Below are positions 62,501 through 64,000 of a stretch of 64,000 bases of DNA, piece after piece. The first letter of the stretch is position 1, and every line of letters starts with the position of its first letter. The notes under the pieces are model-generated. The model was not told the origin of the DNA. It saw only the letters and a list, made by a program, of their open reading frames with translations, and did not search any database. The position numbers were made by a program, and so were the translations under genes. The stretch covers positions 7,750,001 to 7,814,000 of the forward strand of contig JAQFVV010000005.1 in the NCBI GenBank assembly GCA_028023455.1, written 5' to 3'. The DNA comes from Epiperipatus broadwayi (lineage: Eukaryota > Animalia > Onychophora).

Positions 62501-63474
62501 AAAACAGTTTAACACTTCTACTTTATATATATTACTTGATATTTCTGCAATAAGTTAATATGTATTTAGTATGTGTACATTATTATATGTGTGTCTAATA
62601 AATTATTAAATCAAGCTTTCAATTGAAACCCAAAAAATTATTTAAAACACATTAAGCTTGTTTTTAAAAGCTATCAATTGAAACCAAAAACATTTCTATA
62701 CCACCCTATTGCCATTCTTACTTAACTATTTCACAAAGGTTATGAGTTTACACTCATTCTTCTGAAATTAAAATTTTTGTTTTCACTTTAAAATTGTAGG
62801 AAAACCAAATGGACTATGCTTGTGCCAATATCATTCTCTGAGGTTCCATTTCCTTTTTCATATGATATACATGTTAAAATTAAACAAAAATTTGATTTTT
62901 TAGTAATAAGTACATTTATTTATTTTTCTGCTTAATTTATTAGATTGTATAGAGAAAACAAAGGCATAAATGTTTTAAGAGCAAAATGTAATTAGAAAAT
63001 GGATTCAACATGCTTCGATGATTTTACTATTTCAAGGCCTTCATCCCAAAATAAAAGTAACATCATATACTATATGTAAGTATTCAATTTTAGATTTTAT
63101 TATTTCATAAATGTATAATTTATTAATGTGTTTGTCTGGTACTAGCATGACTGTGTAGTATATAAATTATATTTGTATTCATGTATTCAAATATAATGAA
63201 AATAGTGATTTTGATTGCATCTATAAAATTAGGCAATTATGTACAATGTAATTTGGGTGCTTTGATCCAAGTTTAAGGCAACCTTATTTTATAGACATAG
63301 TGATTCTCAAAAGATTTAATAATTTATTAGCATAATCTGTATTTGTATTAGTGTTTGTACTAGCATGTCTGTTTGTGTAACAAATAATGATTTTAACTGT
63401 ATCTATAAAATTAGGCTATTACAGAGCAGTGCAATGAAAATTTTAAGAGTAATTATCAGATATACAGAAAAGTT

Positions 63475-63930
63475 GCAGATGATGAAGCAATTACAAAATT
63501 TATTGGGCATAGTACCATGTGACAATATAAACTCTTAAAACTAATAAAGAGATTTCAAGTAGTGTGGGGTGATAACCACAAGGGTTATGTATTCCACATG
63601 GATGTGATGCAGACAAAGAATCAAATCCAGATTCTTGCATATGCCCTGTTACTCATGCTGTGGAGTCAGTAATTTTGCCATATCTTGCATCACATTATTT
63701 TCAAGTCTACAGCTAGCAAATGAGTTATATGCAAATAAATTATATCTCTCTGGGACAATAAATATAACAAGATAGCATCACTGGTGTGCACAAAAGATAT
63801 AAAATGAAGAGAGAAGACTCACTTTATCATTAATAAAGACAGTGGCCTTCAATTTCTGGTTTTAGATAGACAAAAAGCCAATTGCTATGATTACAAATGT
63901 ATATCTGCCTTCTGGAAATGATTTACTTTG
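63475..63930 (+). mobile_element. Decayed piggyBac-like transposase
   Basis: DEAITKFIGH (cf. DEAMIxFKGR), QY...KRFQV, HHIIF...TA..NELY..KLY.SGT and DSGLQFLV..DK.PI.MITN, frameshifted. Confidence 0.6.
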
Positions 63931-64000
63931 TATCTTTTATTAGGAAAAAAAAAATTTTTATAGATGCCTTGAGATTTTTTATCTTCTAGGGTACAAGTAA

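Overview
AT-rich, largely CpG-depleted, repeat-dense eukaryotic DNA; it looks invertebrate/arthropod-like, but the species cannot be determined from sequence alone. No prokaryotic features, rRNA, tRNA or CRISPR arrays are visible. Conventional content: several decayed RTE-type LINEs, two ~1.6-kb copies of a younger LINE with an (ACATC)n tail, a decayed Ty3/gypsy LTR element with both LTRs and a PBS (35552-40824, minus), mariner and piggyBac transposase relics, a disrupted C2H2 zinc-finger array (23757-24879, plus), some fold-back/MITE-like elements and a tentative minus-strand exon chain near 56-59.5 kb. The standout, invisible to the ORF track, is a non-coding mobile family carrying a minimal type I hammerhead ribozyme: UCCUCA-CUGA(U/C)GA-stem II-GAAAC-UA-GUC-UGGGGA, with a palindromic ACUAGU stem III. 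I count 13 whole or degenerate ribozyme motifs plus one half motif, within 10 loci of two related subfamilies. Copies occur as head-to-tail tandems (periods ~448, 341 and 82-87 bp) and as head-to-head fold-backs joined at microhomologies. One copy sits inside a LINE with a target-site duplication, and one locus packs four ribozymes into 300 bp. This matches Penelope pLTR / metazoan retrozyme biology; no Penelope RT or GIY-YIG partner is present in the window. All alignments were done by eye and ribozyme activity is untested.
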